A stretch of 64,000 nucleotides of DNA from contig NW_020846166.1 of assembly GCF_003704095.1 (NCBI RefSeq), forward strand, positions 248,001 through 312,000, read 5' to 3'. The translations under genes and the position numbers were made by a program. Shown here piece after piece: positions 24,548 through 35,900 of the stretch (positions are counted from its first letter, which is position 1; every line of letters begins with the position of its first letter). Below the pieces are notes generated by a model. It was given only the letters and a program-made list of their open reading frames with translations. It did not search any database and had not been told where the DNA came from. The stretch comes from Pocillopora damicornis. Its lineage: Eukaryota.

Positions 24548-25918
24548 GAAAGATCGTTAGAGCTGAGTACTTTGACGTCTTTATTCTCAAGATCTAGAGT
24601 GACCAGGAGGCAATTTCTCCCAACAATAACACTACACTAACAAGCCGATGGGGAATGACAATTGAGATAATAAGGGGATAATAATTTCAGTGATGAAAAA
24701 CTAAATTCTCAGAACTACCATTATAGGAGATGCGTGGAAGACAGCAAGGATAATTATTATAGTGATCTTTCAGATCTTGCTTTTGTATGATGTAGCTACC
24801 ACGTTCCACTGAACGATCTTTATCTGGGATCGCTTATTTTTCAGTCAGCATCTCTGTAGGGAAGCTTTAAGATAAAAAGAAACCTTAGAAAAATCATTTA
24901 CTTAGGTACACAATCAAAAAGAGGGAAAAAAAATTAATAAGGAACGAAGAACTCTTCGTGATGGGTTCCAAGTGACAGACTTGAAAAAAAGGCTACATTG
25001 GTGATGTAAATGAAGCGAAACTGTTTGAAAATGAAGCTTGCACGGGCAATATTAAATCATATATTTACCAAGCCCGCTTCCCGGGAAGTTGTAACAATTT
25101 TATTTTAAATCGTAGTGCACCAGGAGCCCATCATAAGCGCTCCCGAGTACACTGAGAAGAGTTTTGTTTATAAGTAACGTACCCGAGACCTCTTTGCTTG
25201 ATTTTTTCCAAAGATTAATTACCAGCTTTCCGCTAGGATTTTCAGAATTTTAAACAATATTTCTCTATCGTTCCTTTGTACAATAACCAAGGCGATAGTG
25301 ATCGGTAAATACGTTTCCCCTAAAGAATACCTATCAGTACTGTGGGCTGAAGTTTTTTTAAACAGTAGACGCTTTGATATCTGTCCAAAAGAGCCGGCGA
25401 GGAAATAAGAATATTTGAAATCAGATGGAAAGCAAAATGGAACCCACCAAATACATTAAATTTATGAAAAAATGATGCCAAAACAAAAACAAAAAGAATT
25501 AACGAGAGGACGGAACTGTGGTCAATTAATGTTTAATATGAGGATTAATGTTTCATAAGCGTGGAGAGTTTTTGTTCCTGTTACCACACCAATCAAATAT
25601 ATGTTATTTTATTCTATGAACGATTGATGTAAACCAATACTTTGAAGTCTCCCACACGTCTAGCGATGAAATTTATCTTTTTTAAAGAATTTTCCGAGTT
25701 GAACTGCCGGCGTTTAATGTACTGAGCAATTGTCTGCACCATCAACGATTCTTTTTTGTTGAGAGCGTAAAGAATTTTGAAATAATACAGTTTTCTAACC
25801 ACGCGAGTGAACAGCCGTTGTTGTGCTTAAAGATAACACAGTTTTTTGCTCTCAACGACCGAAAAAAGTTTTGAGAACCGGATTCTGTAGTGGGTGAAAC
25901 TACGCTTCATCATTAGTA

Positions 25919-27901
25919 ATGGCGGAAAATTTCGAACTTTCAGCATCAGACAACGAGCACTGGTTAAACGGCTTTCTCCAACAAAACTGCGAAGAGGCGA
26001 GAAAACGAGTTTTAGAAGAACGAACTATGATGAATTTTGCGGAAGACGGAGGTTCTCAAGACGAATGTGATCTGTCTGGAATGTTCAACTTTAAGGAATA
26101 CGAAGAGTTCGACGAACAGAGAGTCTATGAAAATATAGATTTTTCGATTCTGTCCGAAACAAAACGTGTGACGTTCAACGGTGGTATATCGACTCCCGAC
26201 CTAGATGTAAAACCTGACATGGGTATTGTGGCATTGAACGGTAATGTATCAATTCATGAAGGTAAAAATCGATCAGTACACGACACTAACGATCGTCTAT
26301 CGACTCCCAGCGACGACACTATCCGCTACCGAGAGGATTCTGACACGAATTTTTCGACATTCAATACATCGATTTTCAAAAGTGACAAACGGTCTGAATT
26401 GGACGCCAATAGTACTTTATCAACCCTCAAGGACGAAAAACGGTTAGAGAAGGAGGTTCGGCATAGTAAAGACAATCACTCCATTATGAATGTCACGACC
26501 CTGGACGACAGCATGTTGATTTTCAAAGATAAAGGACGACACGACGCCACCCAGGATCCAGTCAATTCTATTCCACTAATTCAGACGGGCACGTTGTATT
26601 GTGATGAAATATTGACGAAAGGCGATGAACCACGAGCTAGCCTTGACGATTATGGAAAACGCGTTGGTAACGCGCAGCCACCTTCCGAGCACGCTCCGCC
26701 CACGACAAACAATGGAGAGTTAGCCTTGGGCTTTGAAACCGAACTGGTTGAGGTGCCAAGTATGGGAATAGCTCACCCTAAAGAACAACTCTTGAAGGCA
26801 ATAAACGACTTCAACAAGAATGTGGTAGAGATTCAGCGAGTTCGTTTTAAGCAGATGATGTTCCAGATCCAGGAAATAGTCAATGAAATCTTGGCGGAAG
26901 TAGAACGACTTGAAAACACTTTTAAATTCCAAAGAATGAGCCCTGACAGTTATTATGAAATGAAGTCGCAAAACGAAGTGGACATACTTGTTGTCCTGGA
27001 AAACATTTCGCACACAGAATTTATCATCGAGGATATGAAAACACCAACTGGATTTGCACGAATACGTATGACGTCAGCATACATGACGTCATTAGATGCA
27101 ATGAGGTCATCAGATGTAACGTCAGAACCTAATATGGGGTCGTCAGGTGGCACCATTTTCCATTGGTGCACGGACACTGATTCTGGTGAGGTCTATTTCT
27201 CACCTAAAAAGTTGTGCATGAAATTTGCTGCCTCAGTTTCTCGAGCAGCGGCGAAAATTTTACGGCATGGCTCGAGCCCACTCAGAAAGAAAGTGACGTT
27301 TTCGGACAGAGAAGAGACATTTCCTTTCGTCGTAAATCTTATACCTACAGTCGCCTGTCCGCAGACCTGGCCGCTGTGTGCGTACTGGCTCAGAAATTAC
27401 ACTAAACAATGGCCATCGCCACACGTCAAAGATGAAGTCGTTAAGGGGAGAATGCATCTCGTTGCCATGGTGACTAGCCAAGAGTCTGATCCTCTATGGC
27501 GAATAAGCTTTTGCTCCGCACGTCGGCGTCTTCTCCAGGCTGATGGTGATGGAAAAAAGAATTGCTTGCGCGTGTTGAAAGTTCTCCTCGTAAAAGACTT
27601 GTCGAGACCCAAAGGCATCACGCCGCTGTACCTAGAAAACATTGTACTATGGGCGAGTAGGAAGCACTGGCAAGAAGAGGAATGGGCCGAGTCTATGTTA
27701 GCCGACAGATTCTTGGAGATGTTGGTGGCGCTGCACAAATGTCTGGAAAATAAGGATTGTTATAACTTTTTTGTGCCAACAATGAATCTTTTCAATGAGT
27801 TGAAACCCGATGCTTTGAAAGTGTTGGCTTCGAAAGTTGAAGACATCTTGCGTGATCCCTTCAAATATCTGAAAACCCAGGGAGCCATACCCACCCCCTG
27901 A
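25919..27901 (+). CDS. Mab-21 domain protein 2 with a long acidic N-terminal extension, intronless, 660 aa
   Basis: C-terminal ~375 aa: KSQNEVDILV, YFSPKK, VNLIPTV.CP.TWP..A.W......WP, MHLV, WRISFCSARRRL, CLRVLK, CLENKDCYNFFVPTMNLF. N-terminal ~285 aa is D/E/S/T-rich low complexity. Confidence 0.92.
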   Translation: MAENFELSASDNEHWLNGFLQQNCEEARKRVLEERTMMNFAEDGGSQDECDLSGMFNFKEYEEFDEQRVYENIDFSILSETKRVTFNGGISTPDLDVKPDMGIVALNGNVSIHEGKNRSVHDTNDRLSTPSDDTIRYREDSDTNFSTFNTSIFKSDKRSELDANSTLSTLKDEKRLEKEVRHSKDNHSIMNVTTLDDSMLIFKDKGRHDATQDPVNSIPLIQTGTLYCDEILTKGDEPRASLDDYGKRVGNAQPPSEHAPPTTNNGELALGFETELVEVPSMGIAHPKEQLLKAINDFNKNVVEIQRVRFKQMMFQIQEIVNEILAEVERLENTFKFQRMSPDSYYEMKSQNEVDILVVLENISHTEFIIEDMKTPTGFARIRMTSAYMTSLDAMRSSDVTSEPNMGSSGGTIFHWCTDTDSGEVYFSPKKLCMKFAASVSRAAAKILRHGSSPLRKKVTFSDREETFPFVVNLIPTVACPQTWPLCAYWLRNYTKQWPSPHVKDEVVKGRMHLVAMVTSQESDPLWRISFCSARRRLLQADGDGKKNCLRVLKVLLVKDLSRPKGITPLYLENIVLWASRKHWQEEEWAESMLADRFLEMLVALHKCLENKDCYNFFVPTMNLFNELKPDALKVLASKVEDILRDPFKYLKTQGAIPTP

Positions 27902-29158
27902 CGTAGGACGTTTTGCTTGCTCCAGAGCGGCATGGTATATCAAGACAACTTTTTCTTTTTTGGTTGTCGTTACCTGCATGACTGACATTGTACAAACACT
28001 GTTTTTTTTTAATTTCTAGACTGGGTCACCTCTAATCATTCCTTGGGGTAACAGTTTCAAAGGTCTAGATCTTAATGACACAGTGTAGGTCCAATAGCTG
28101 TCCTACGAGTTGATAAGTATTAGAGTACAATCCACTACCACGAGATTGTGTCCCGCCAGCAGGGCCGTAAATGATCTCTTGAAGTGGCAAAAACTCATCT
28201 TTCTGAGTCGCACAATTTATTGGGGCTTTCTTAAATGATGGTCAGTGTAATAATTCCACATATACTTTCTGATAGCACCGACAAAAGCTTTTTTCTGGAG
28301 TATACTTTGTCATGGACAGAAGTAGATTAGTGCAATGTGCAGTATGATATTCTGAAATATTTGCTGGTTTAGGGATACTCACACCTTCCCCCCCTCCACC
28401 GCTTTTAGAATATTGTTTCTGAAAGACGGACAAATCTATTTGTGTTTTTTTAATCGGTTTATTTATCTACTCATTTAAAGTTATTGTATTTTTTTCTTAG
28501 AAACTATCCTGTCACTACACTTGTTGCATGATCTCAATATAAGAAAGAATGCTTTTATCATATAAATTACACCTAAGTTGGGGAAATTAAATACTTGACG
28601 TCAAATAACTGCTTATTCTCCCTTGTTATTTAAATAAATCGAAAGATTTCTAAAAAATGTTTCACCTTTTGGCAAGCTCTCTCGTTAAAACACCGAGTAA
28701 TGCGAAAACCAAAAGCAGTTTTGCTCGTAGGCTAGTAAGCTTTCAACTGTATCTAATTATATATTGATAAGATAATTAAAACCTGACCCAAATTACCTGC
28801 CCAAATTACCGTTATGTTTATGTATTTTGTATGTTTTTTGCTATGGTTACATATTTCATTATTAATTATATACTTGAAGTAAAACATTGTATTCCGCTGT
28901 CAATCTGAACAGCTCATACAATAAAATGGCTTAAAAGGAGAATTTCTCTCACTTACAATGCAATGGCTTTAAATCAATAATTCCGTCGGACTTAAAACGG
29001 AACTCAGAAAGACTGAGTTCGACCCATAACGCTACGTTAAAAAACTTATTTTCCTAAATTTTTTACCAGTTCTAGAAAAATTTAGCGAAAATGTTCCTCA
29101 AAGATAATTTCTCTTCAATGTAGTTCCTTAATCTCTAGTGTTTTTCTTAGTTATCTCT

Positions 29159-29371
29159 TTAACCCTTTTCACTCACTTGAGTGACCAATACAGAATTTCT
29201 CCTTACAACATCCACACAATATCAGGCAGAGTAGTGATGAGAATATCGAAAAACATCAAATAAGGAATTGTTAGTTAATCCAATACCAAATTCTCTGAAC
29301 GAACATTGTGAGAATTGTATGACAGACAACGAAGAGAGTTATAAACGAGATCTTAGGAGTAAGAGGGTTAA
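29159..29371 (+). mobile_element. TTAA-flanked MITE, family C
   Basis: TTAACCCT...AGGGTTAA; body GAGTGACCAA..AGAATTTCTCCTTACAA..GTGATGAGAATA..CCAATACCAAATTCTC shared with copies at 34213, 34620 and 40389. Confidence 0.75.
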
Positions 29372-29991
29372 GGTTGTTCCGGCGGCCTAGTCTTGAAGTA
29401 CTAAAATAAAAAAATAGCAAACGTTTATATAGGGAAGCTTTAAATCCATTTTGATAGCCAGGGTTTCAAAAGTGAGTAAGAATCATTACTCTTCTACTTG
29501 AAAATCTTTGGATACAAAATTTTTCCACTACATCCATTACATTTCAGAAACTAAGGGAAAATTTAGTTGCTCGAGAGGCCGTTTGGTATAGTTCTAGGCT
29601 GTTTTTCAAGAACATATTAAATGATATTTATAAACGACAGTGAAAAAGCAAAACAAACTATATTACTCCCTAAATTTTGAAATGGGTAGCTTCAAGGATA
29701 CTGAGGTTATTTATTACGCAAGGTCATCTCTGGCCTTGGCCAGCTGTGGATAAAATTTACATCTGAAAAAAGCCTTTACTTTTCAAAAAAAGGAAAAAAT
29801 AACTTCGCAGGTTTTTCCAAGCACCAAGTAAACTCCTCCAAAATGATAAAGTCTAAGACTGATTCGATCTGACTTTGCGGCTAACTGTCCATTGTTCCAA
29901 ACGAAACTGTTTGGGGATCGCTTGTAGTCGCTCTGTGAAAGAATCTTCTCCAACGCTGATCTGTATATCCTTGGCTAAGCGTGTTTGACTC

Positions 29992-32900
29992 TCAAACAGA
30001 AGTATCACCAGATTTGTGACCGTTACGCTGTGAGAACTTCCTGGTACCAGGAAAGCTGTTGTTTGAGCCATGAGCGCTGTGTGCATATAAATGCTCTTGT
30101 CTGAGAAGTAAACTTCTGAATAACGTGTCGAACCTCGAGTCCATGTGCTCGAGCATGGCCTGGAGCTTAGCTTCAACTCGCCCCATAATTCTCTTCTCTG
30201 CGGCATAGATGTTCGTGGTGATAGAGTTATAAACTGATAAACATCCGGGGCATCCGCATTCGGCGCACCTGAGTAACAATAGAAATGCATTTTGATAACA
30301 TGGGCACTCTCTTTTTTAAAGGCGAAATGCTGCATTGTGTTAGCTTTTAGTGGAGTTGAGAGGGAAATTGGCGCAGACCTTTGAAGGGAAATTCTGAAAT
30401 CAGTCTTTCGGTACGTCGGCTGGCAAGTTTACTTCTACCAAAGTGAAACTCTAGGCAGCTTAGCTGTCCCATCAGTGTTGCAGTTACCATCAACACATCT
30501 CCTTCTCCATCCACCCCTCCCTCAACTGCCAAACGCTACCTCCCCCGACCCCTACCCCCATTATCATATTTGCCCTTACCTGGACTTACTCCCGGGATCC
30601 GAGCTGTCAGACGAAGCCTTCTCTAACGGAGCAGGCGCTTGTTCAGCCATAACTCGTTCTACAGCTCGCTTGTCTTCCAAGCAGAATGACTGCGCCCGTG
30701 GATTGATTGTAGTCTGTGTCGCTACAGGAAGCGCACTGCCGAGGGACACTGGTCTGGCTTTGCGCACCATGTTGCGGCTTGCACGTACACGTGACTGTAA
30801 GTAGGTTTCCCACCGGTGCTTAGCGAGCGTGGGTGATTCCGGGGTATCGGGTGCGCCATTTTCCACCGACAGAGTAGCAGAGTTCTCCGCTGATTCGGGT
30901 GACTTCTCAACCATCAGGCCTGCTAGCATATTAATAAAATCTTCATCGCCTTCTGGACTTCCTGGCATATTCCGCGCTGTAAGGAAAACAAAAGGTAAGT
31001 TGGCTATCTAAAGCAATTTTAAATTGAGAGTCGAAATTCATCCGAGATTGATTTCGTTCTGCTTCGCGTCGTTCTGTGATTGGTTTTGCACCACTCTATC
31101 AACTAATCAGATGCAAAACTAAAACCAATCACGACTTGGTTGCCCTCGTTTTCCCGCTCTTTGAACGGTTTGGTTTTCATCGGCTCTTAAAGGTAATTTC
31201 CTGTCTTTCGATTGGCCATTGTCCGTTGTGATTACTTTGGTTTGGTTTTGCGACACTCAGTCTAAAGGGACTCTAGAAGTCGAAGTTGATTACACCTAAC
31301 TGCAATAACATTGAGAAAGTAAAGAACGTTTTAAAAAAAGCCAGTTCGGAATTATTTACATCGTTATAAATCATTTCATTACACAGACTGATGCTGAAAG
31401 TACGTTCCTGCCTCTTTCTATCAGACTTAGTCTCTCCCAATCAGTAGAATTTTTCATTAAGCAAAAAATGATCAAACCTGTTAACCTCTAGATTGCTCTT
31501 AACCTTTTCACTTTGTATTACAAGTTTCATTACAGAAGACGGGCGAGGAATTGAATTATAGAAAGAAAACTCCAAAAAGGGGTGTTGTCCATGCCAAATA
31601 TTCACAGCATAACGTTAAGGGAGCCTGCCTTCTTCAAAACGCGAACTTTACCTTGGAAGTAAAATCAGTGCACTTCTCAAAGCGTCTTCCAGGCGTTCAG
31701 TCAGTACAACGATGCTCGATAGAAGCGGAAGAGTGAAATACCGAGGGATGTTTGGGTCGGGTGGTGTTCTCTACGCAACTCGACCCGAATCGCCCTCGTT
31801 TTCACTCTGCTGCATCTATTGCACCCTGAACTATCTGGAATGGGCTACTTCTAAGTGACTGACGGAAACCAAATTGCTCCGCTTGATTCGCCTACACCCG
31901 GGGTTACGAAATCTTTAAGAAATTGTTTCGACGTTTGGCAAAACTTTCCTCAAATTGGAGAAAACCACAAAACATGAACATTGAAAGATGGAAAGGCATT
32001 AAAGATATTGAGAGGAGGATTTCGAACCAAGGTGGAAAAGGATGGAATAGTTTAATGAGGACTGAAAATTTTTAACTCTTAAAATTTAGACCAAAGTCGT
32101 AGCTTGCAAGACGGATTTCGCTTTTTTTTGAGGGGGGGGGGGGGGGGCGTTTTCAAGCAAGCGCAAAGTCCGCTCAACTGAAAAAGGGAAAAGACAACTT
32201 GTTCTGTAGGCTGAAAGTTCAACTCACACATTCTTTCTGCTTTCTCCTCCTCTTCCAGTTGTTTCGCTCTTGTCATGGCCTGTGATAAGATGCTAGTTTC
32301 ACTCCCTGATAAATTCATGGCACCAAGGTGTTCAGGCAGAGACCCACTGCCGTGGCTAACAGATCTGACATGCTCAGCGACACTTCTACTTTGACTCTGC
32401 CGAAAACACTTCATAATTAGTTTACTGAGTCCGATAAAAGGGTTCAATTTTGGCTACAAGCGTAAGAGCTAAGTAATGCAAAATAATTGGTAAAACTAGA
32501 TCACAACGCTACTATATAATTACCAACCATTTGCTTGCTTTCCATGGACTCCAAGAGTTGCTGAGCCTCTGGCGACAGCTGTTTACCCAGACTATCCAAA
32601 TAGCTTCTCACATTAGAGATATCCACTTGGCCTGGTATCAAACCCTGAAAAAGATTGCATATCATTCCAATTTATCTGACAAACTGAATGATAATTGCAT
32701 CTTGATTAGTTTTTACTAATCAGTTATGAGATGGCAGTGCATTATGGGAAGATTGGGTGTTATGACATCAAATACATTAATGGCTTTTCAGCATTCTAAT
32801 TGACCGTATTTCCTACACCATGGTGTACATGTCTGCATTCAACTGACCGAAGAACTTCCCAGAGAGCTGATTTTTGTCCTGTGTTTGGCTCATTTCCAGT

Positions 32901-35900
32901 AGCTGAAGTGTTCAAAATCAAAACTCTAACCTGCAAAGGCATTCCTGGGCTGGGAGGAAGTGTAGAGACTCTGGCAACTCGCACAACAATGGTCTGAAGT
33001 CTCATTGATTGCTCTTCTGCATATGATAGGAACTGGACATGAAAAATCAAAATCTTGTCAGCTATAATTTTTCAAATTGTTACTGTTAAAACTACAATCT
33101 GACAAAAATTTTAAACCAGATAATAGACCTAATGCATGAATGGCAGACTCGACTAGTATTCTTTTANNNNNNNNNNNNNNNNNNNNNNNNNNNNNNNNNN
33201 NNNNNNNNNNNNNNNNNNNNNNNNNNNNNNNNNNNNNNNNNNNNNNNNNNNNNNNNNNNNNNNNNNNNNNNNNNNNNNNNNNNNNNNNNNNNNNNNNNNN
33301 NNNNNNNNNNNNNNNNNNNNNNNNNNNNNNNNNNNNNNNNNNNNNNNNNNNNNNNNNNNNNNNNNNNNNNNNNNNNNNNNNNNNNNNNNNNNNNNNNNNN
33401 NNNNNNNNNNNNNNNNNNNNNNNNNNNNNNNNNNNNNNNNNNNNNNNNNNNNNNNNNNNNNNNNNNNNNNNNNNNNNNNNNNNNNNNNNNNNNNNNNNNN
33501 NNNNNNNNNNNNNNNNNNNNNNNNNNNNNNNNNNNNNNNNNNNNNNNNNNNNNNNNNNNNNNNNNNNNNNNNNNNNNNNNNNNNNNNNNNNNNNNNNNNN
33601 NNNNNNNNNNNNNNNNNNNNNNNNNNNNNNNNNNNNNNNNNNNNNNNNNNNNNNNNNNNNNNNNNNNNNNNNNNNNNNNNCTGTTAAGTAAAAGGGTCTT
33701 TGCACCTGTCATATTATAAAGTTTGTGAGAGGTAGGTGTTAGAAGACTTTGTTAAAATATGAAAACTGGTCCAAGAACTGAAGCCAGCTCACTTTGTTAG
33801 GAGGGACAGCACCAATGGTCAAGACATTATCACCTTTAAAGGAATGATACCAAGTCAGTGAGTTTAAAGAAAGGGGTGGTTGTTAATACACATTTTTTAG
33901 TGCCTTGATAATGGTTCCCATTCTCTTGAAAATCATAGGTTTCCTAACAACAGAGTGCCCCCTGCACCAATTTACACTCTCACTTACCTTAACTAGGCAT
34001 CTGCAAGTTCCATGAATGAACTCAGTCAAGTCAAACTCAGTTTCAAATAAGGATACTTTTCTGAGAAAAAAGTACAGCATGATAAAATTAACATGAAGGT
34101 ACTTAAAAATAATTCATACCCATTGGAAATGATTGTGTAATAAATACAGCAGTAAAATAATTTTGCACAAAAGTGACTGCCACATCTGTTGTAGAGTGTT
34201 TTGCTTTAAGCCTTAACCCTCAAACTCACATGAGTGACCAAGACAAAATTTCTCCTTATAGCATCAATACAATATCAACCAGATAAATGATGAGAATAAA
34301 AAAAATATCAATCTGGGGATTATTAGTTGATCCAATACTAAATTCTCCAAACTAACATTATAAAAATTGTATGGTTGAGAGTAAGGAGAATTACAAATTT
34401 CATCTGGGAGTTAAAGGGTTAATCCCCTAAGAGTGACTGGGATATAATTTCTCCTTAGCTAAATCAAACAGTAAGTTCATGAGAATAAGGAAAATGATGG
34501 CAACTAAAGGAGCTTGTGATGTCAAGCAAAATCCTCCTTTTCAGTACCATAGAAAATGTAAAGGGAACAGTGTGGAGAATATGAACATTAATCAGGTTAA
34601 ACATTTCTCTGTGATTCTGTTAATGGCTTTAAGTCTAAGATCAATTTTGTAATTCTCCTTACTGTCAACCATACAATTCTTATAATGTTAGTTCAGAGAA
34701 TTTAGTGTTGGATCAACTAATTATCCCCATATTGATATTTTTCTTTATACTCATCACTTATCTGGTTGATATTGTATTGATATTGTAAGGAGAAATTCTG
34801 TCTTGGTCACTCATGGGAGTTTAAGGGTTAATGATGTATGACAATTATCAGATAAATTTACCCCAGGATGGAATAAAATACCAAAGTGCATTGACTATGG
34901 TTTAAAAATAATGTGATCTTCATACCTTCCTTTGCGAATTGTAAGCATGATACCCTTTGCTGTTCTCTCATAGTTTTCATCAACATACAGCTCAACGTTC
35001 CTTGCTTCAGAGACAATGACGATGTTTTTAATGTAGAATTCCTGAGCCAAAGGGTGTGCTGTGAAGCTCATTTCACATGGGACTACATCACTGTGTGGTT
35101 TTGGTTGGGTTAGGATCACACCTGCTCCAGCTGTCTGAACACACCCCACAACAAGCTGATCCTGAGCCCTATGGAAAAGAAAAACAAAATAAACATACAG
35201 GAAACTGTAAAAGAAAACTGCCTAAAACATACAATAAAAATACAAGCACAATGGCTTAAATATGCTCCCTAGAGAATGACAGGAGATAGCTGTGAAACCA
35301 GTGTCACACTTGACTACATATCATAGAACTGCACAAGCTAAGTTTAGATTCCCTTGTTCTTTGATTCTCAGTTCTCAATCCTTGCTTCTCAATTATTAAT
35401 TTTTAATTCTTGATCCTCCAATTAAGTTTTGAGGATTGAGTATCAAGTTTCAAGTCAAGATTGTCAACTTACTATTACATTTGTGACACATGAAAAAGGT
35501 ACTTTCAGTTTAAAGTGTATGTAATGCATGAGTTTTTCTAAAATTTGTGCATGAAACAGGATTAGGACCCAAGCTTGCTACCTTCTTAGAACTGGGTTGT
35601 ATCAAAGAGAGATAATTAACATTAAATTCCATCACAAGCATGAGAGAAAGAAAAAACCTGGGTTGTTCTACCAACAGAGCTAAATAAAACTTGTTGGTAA
35701 GATGGATTATAAACTAATTCACATGCATAATGTTAGCTGCAAACTGTAGTATCAGCAATGACAAAAGCATGAAGATAGAGAAACTTATGAGCTCTGTTGC
35801 TGAAATGTATATCATGAATGCTTAGTAGAAAAAATTTTGGATGTTTCATTACAAATTTACTGCAATACAGCTTTGAAGAAGAAGTATATTACTGTACTTC

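Noticed and set aside
26720-27988. Antisense ORFs over the second Mab-21 gene
   Set aside because: Shadow ORFs of a long coding region with no motifs.
29000-29020. GAACTCAG-AAAGA-CTGAGTTC hairpin, terminator-like or tRNA-like
   Set aside because: Isolated 8-bp stem; no cloverleaf, and intrinsic terminators do not apply to this eukaryotic context.
32132-32147. 16-nt poly-G run, possible G-quadruplex
   Set aside because: Simple intronic homopolymer, C-rich on the transcribed strand, with no supporting context.
33058-33719. Long ORFs in the track consisting mostly of X (also near 9501-9776, 51532-51862, 63603-63852)
   Set aside because: Artefacts of N runs.
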